Shown: positions 63,609 through 64,000 of the stretch, one piece after another | Position numbering within the stretch: position 1 is the stretch's first letter | How the letters are laid out: every line of letters starts with the position of its first letter | Origin: Dicyema japonicum | Lineage: Eukaryota > Animalia > Dicyemida | DNA: 64,000 bases | Assembly: GCA_011109175.1 (NCBI GenBank) | Contig: RDEW01000003.1 | Location: 1,484,429 to 1,548,428, forward strand | Reading direction: 5' to 3' | Notes under the pieces: generated by a model | Database searches by the model: none | The model's input: only the letters and a program-made list of their open reading frames with translations | Told to the model about the DNA's origin: nothing | Position numbers and translations under genes: made by a program

Positions 63609-63900
63609 CATGGTGGCCCAGTGTAACGGGTGCCGGGAAAGAGGCCCGAAGGTCCCTATTTCGAATCCCGATGCTGTACATTTCGGTAGAAGGTTCCACG
63701 CATCTCGATCTCTGGCTTGACGAGTGACTCCTTCATCAGTGAACAGATCAGTACGGAACCGAATCGTCTATGTAGGACATACACCCAACAAAAAAAACAA
63801 AGTGAAGAGCATTCCTTGGTTCTCCTTCATCGATTAGTTATAATAACTGTTCTTTACTTAAAATGTGTTCTGCCTGAGCGGAGGTATAGCTAATATGGCA
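63609..63900 (+). mobile_element. SINE-B copy (second subfamily)
   Basis: GGTGGCCCAGTGTAACG...TTTCGAATCC head; body matches the reverse complement of 39430-39735. Confidence 0.8.
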
Positions 63901-64000
63901 TCTTTATAACATTTATATGACAGGTTTGACAAATGATTGACTGGTTAATCTTGCTTGTGATTTTATGAGTGTTGACTTTTCATTTTGTGACATTGTTGTG

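Noticed and set aside
1-64000. CRISPR arrays, rRNA, prokaryotic operons
   Set aside because: No regularly spaced repeat-spacer array or rRNA motif; the window is intron-containing eukaryotic DNA.

Overview
AT-rich animal genomic window, gene-poor and heavily invaded by transposons. Host genes I could reconstruct by hand-splicing: SLC25A15-like carrier, adhesion GPCR, DIS3, histidyl-tRNA synthetase, RPL18, nucleolin-like RRM protein, TTC16-like TPR protein, a protocadherin-like gene and two orphan genes. Most introns I traced are only 20-29 nt (one is 45 nt), suggesting a highly reduced animal parasite; a dicyemid is my best guess, unproven. The rest is TE debris: Tigger/pogo, hAT/Buster and MITEs, a near-intact intron-containing Ginger-like integrase transposon, RTE, R4-like and CRE-like retroelements, and a tRNA-derived SINE. 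The best candidate for an undescribed system is an Ingi/Vingi-like LINE family and its ~330-bp non-autonomous partner (SINE-A here). They share a 5' pseudoknot with HDV-ribozyme topology in 8 copies with compensatory changes but a non-canonical active-site loop, and a covarying 3' hairpin. One LINE copy encodes a 2A ribosome-skipping motif (LLLSGDIEQNPGP) before the endonuclease. All family assignments are from motif recognition, not database searches. Boundaries of degenerate TE remnants are approximate.
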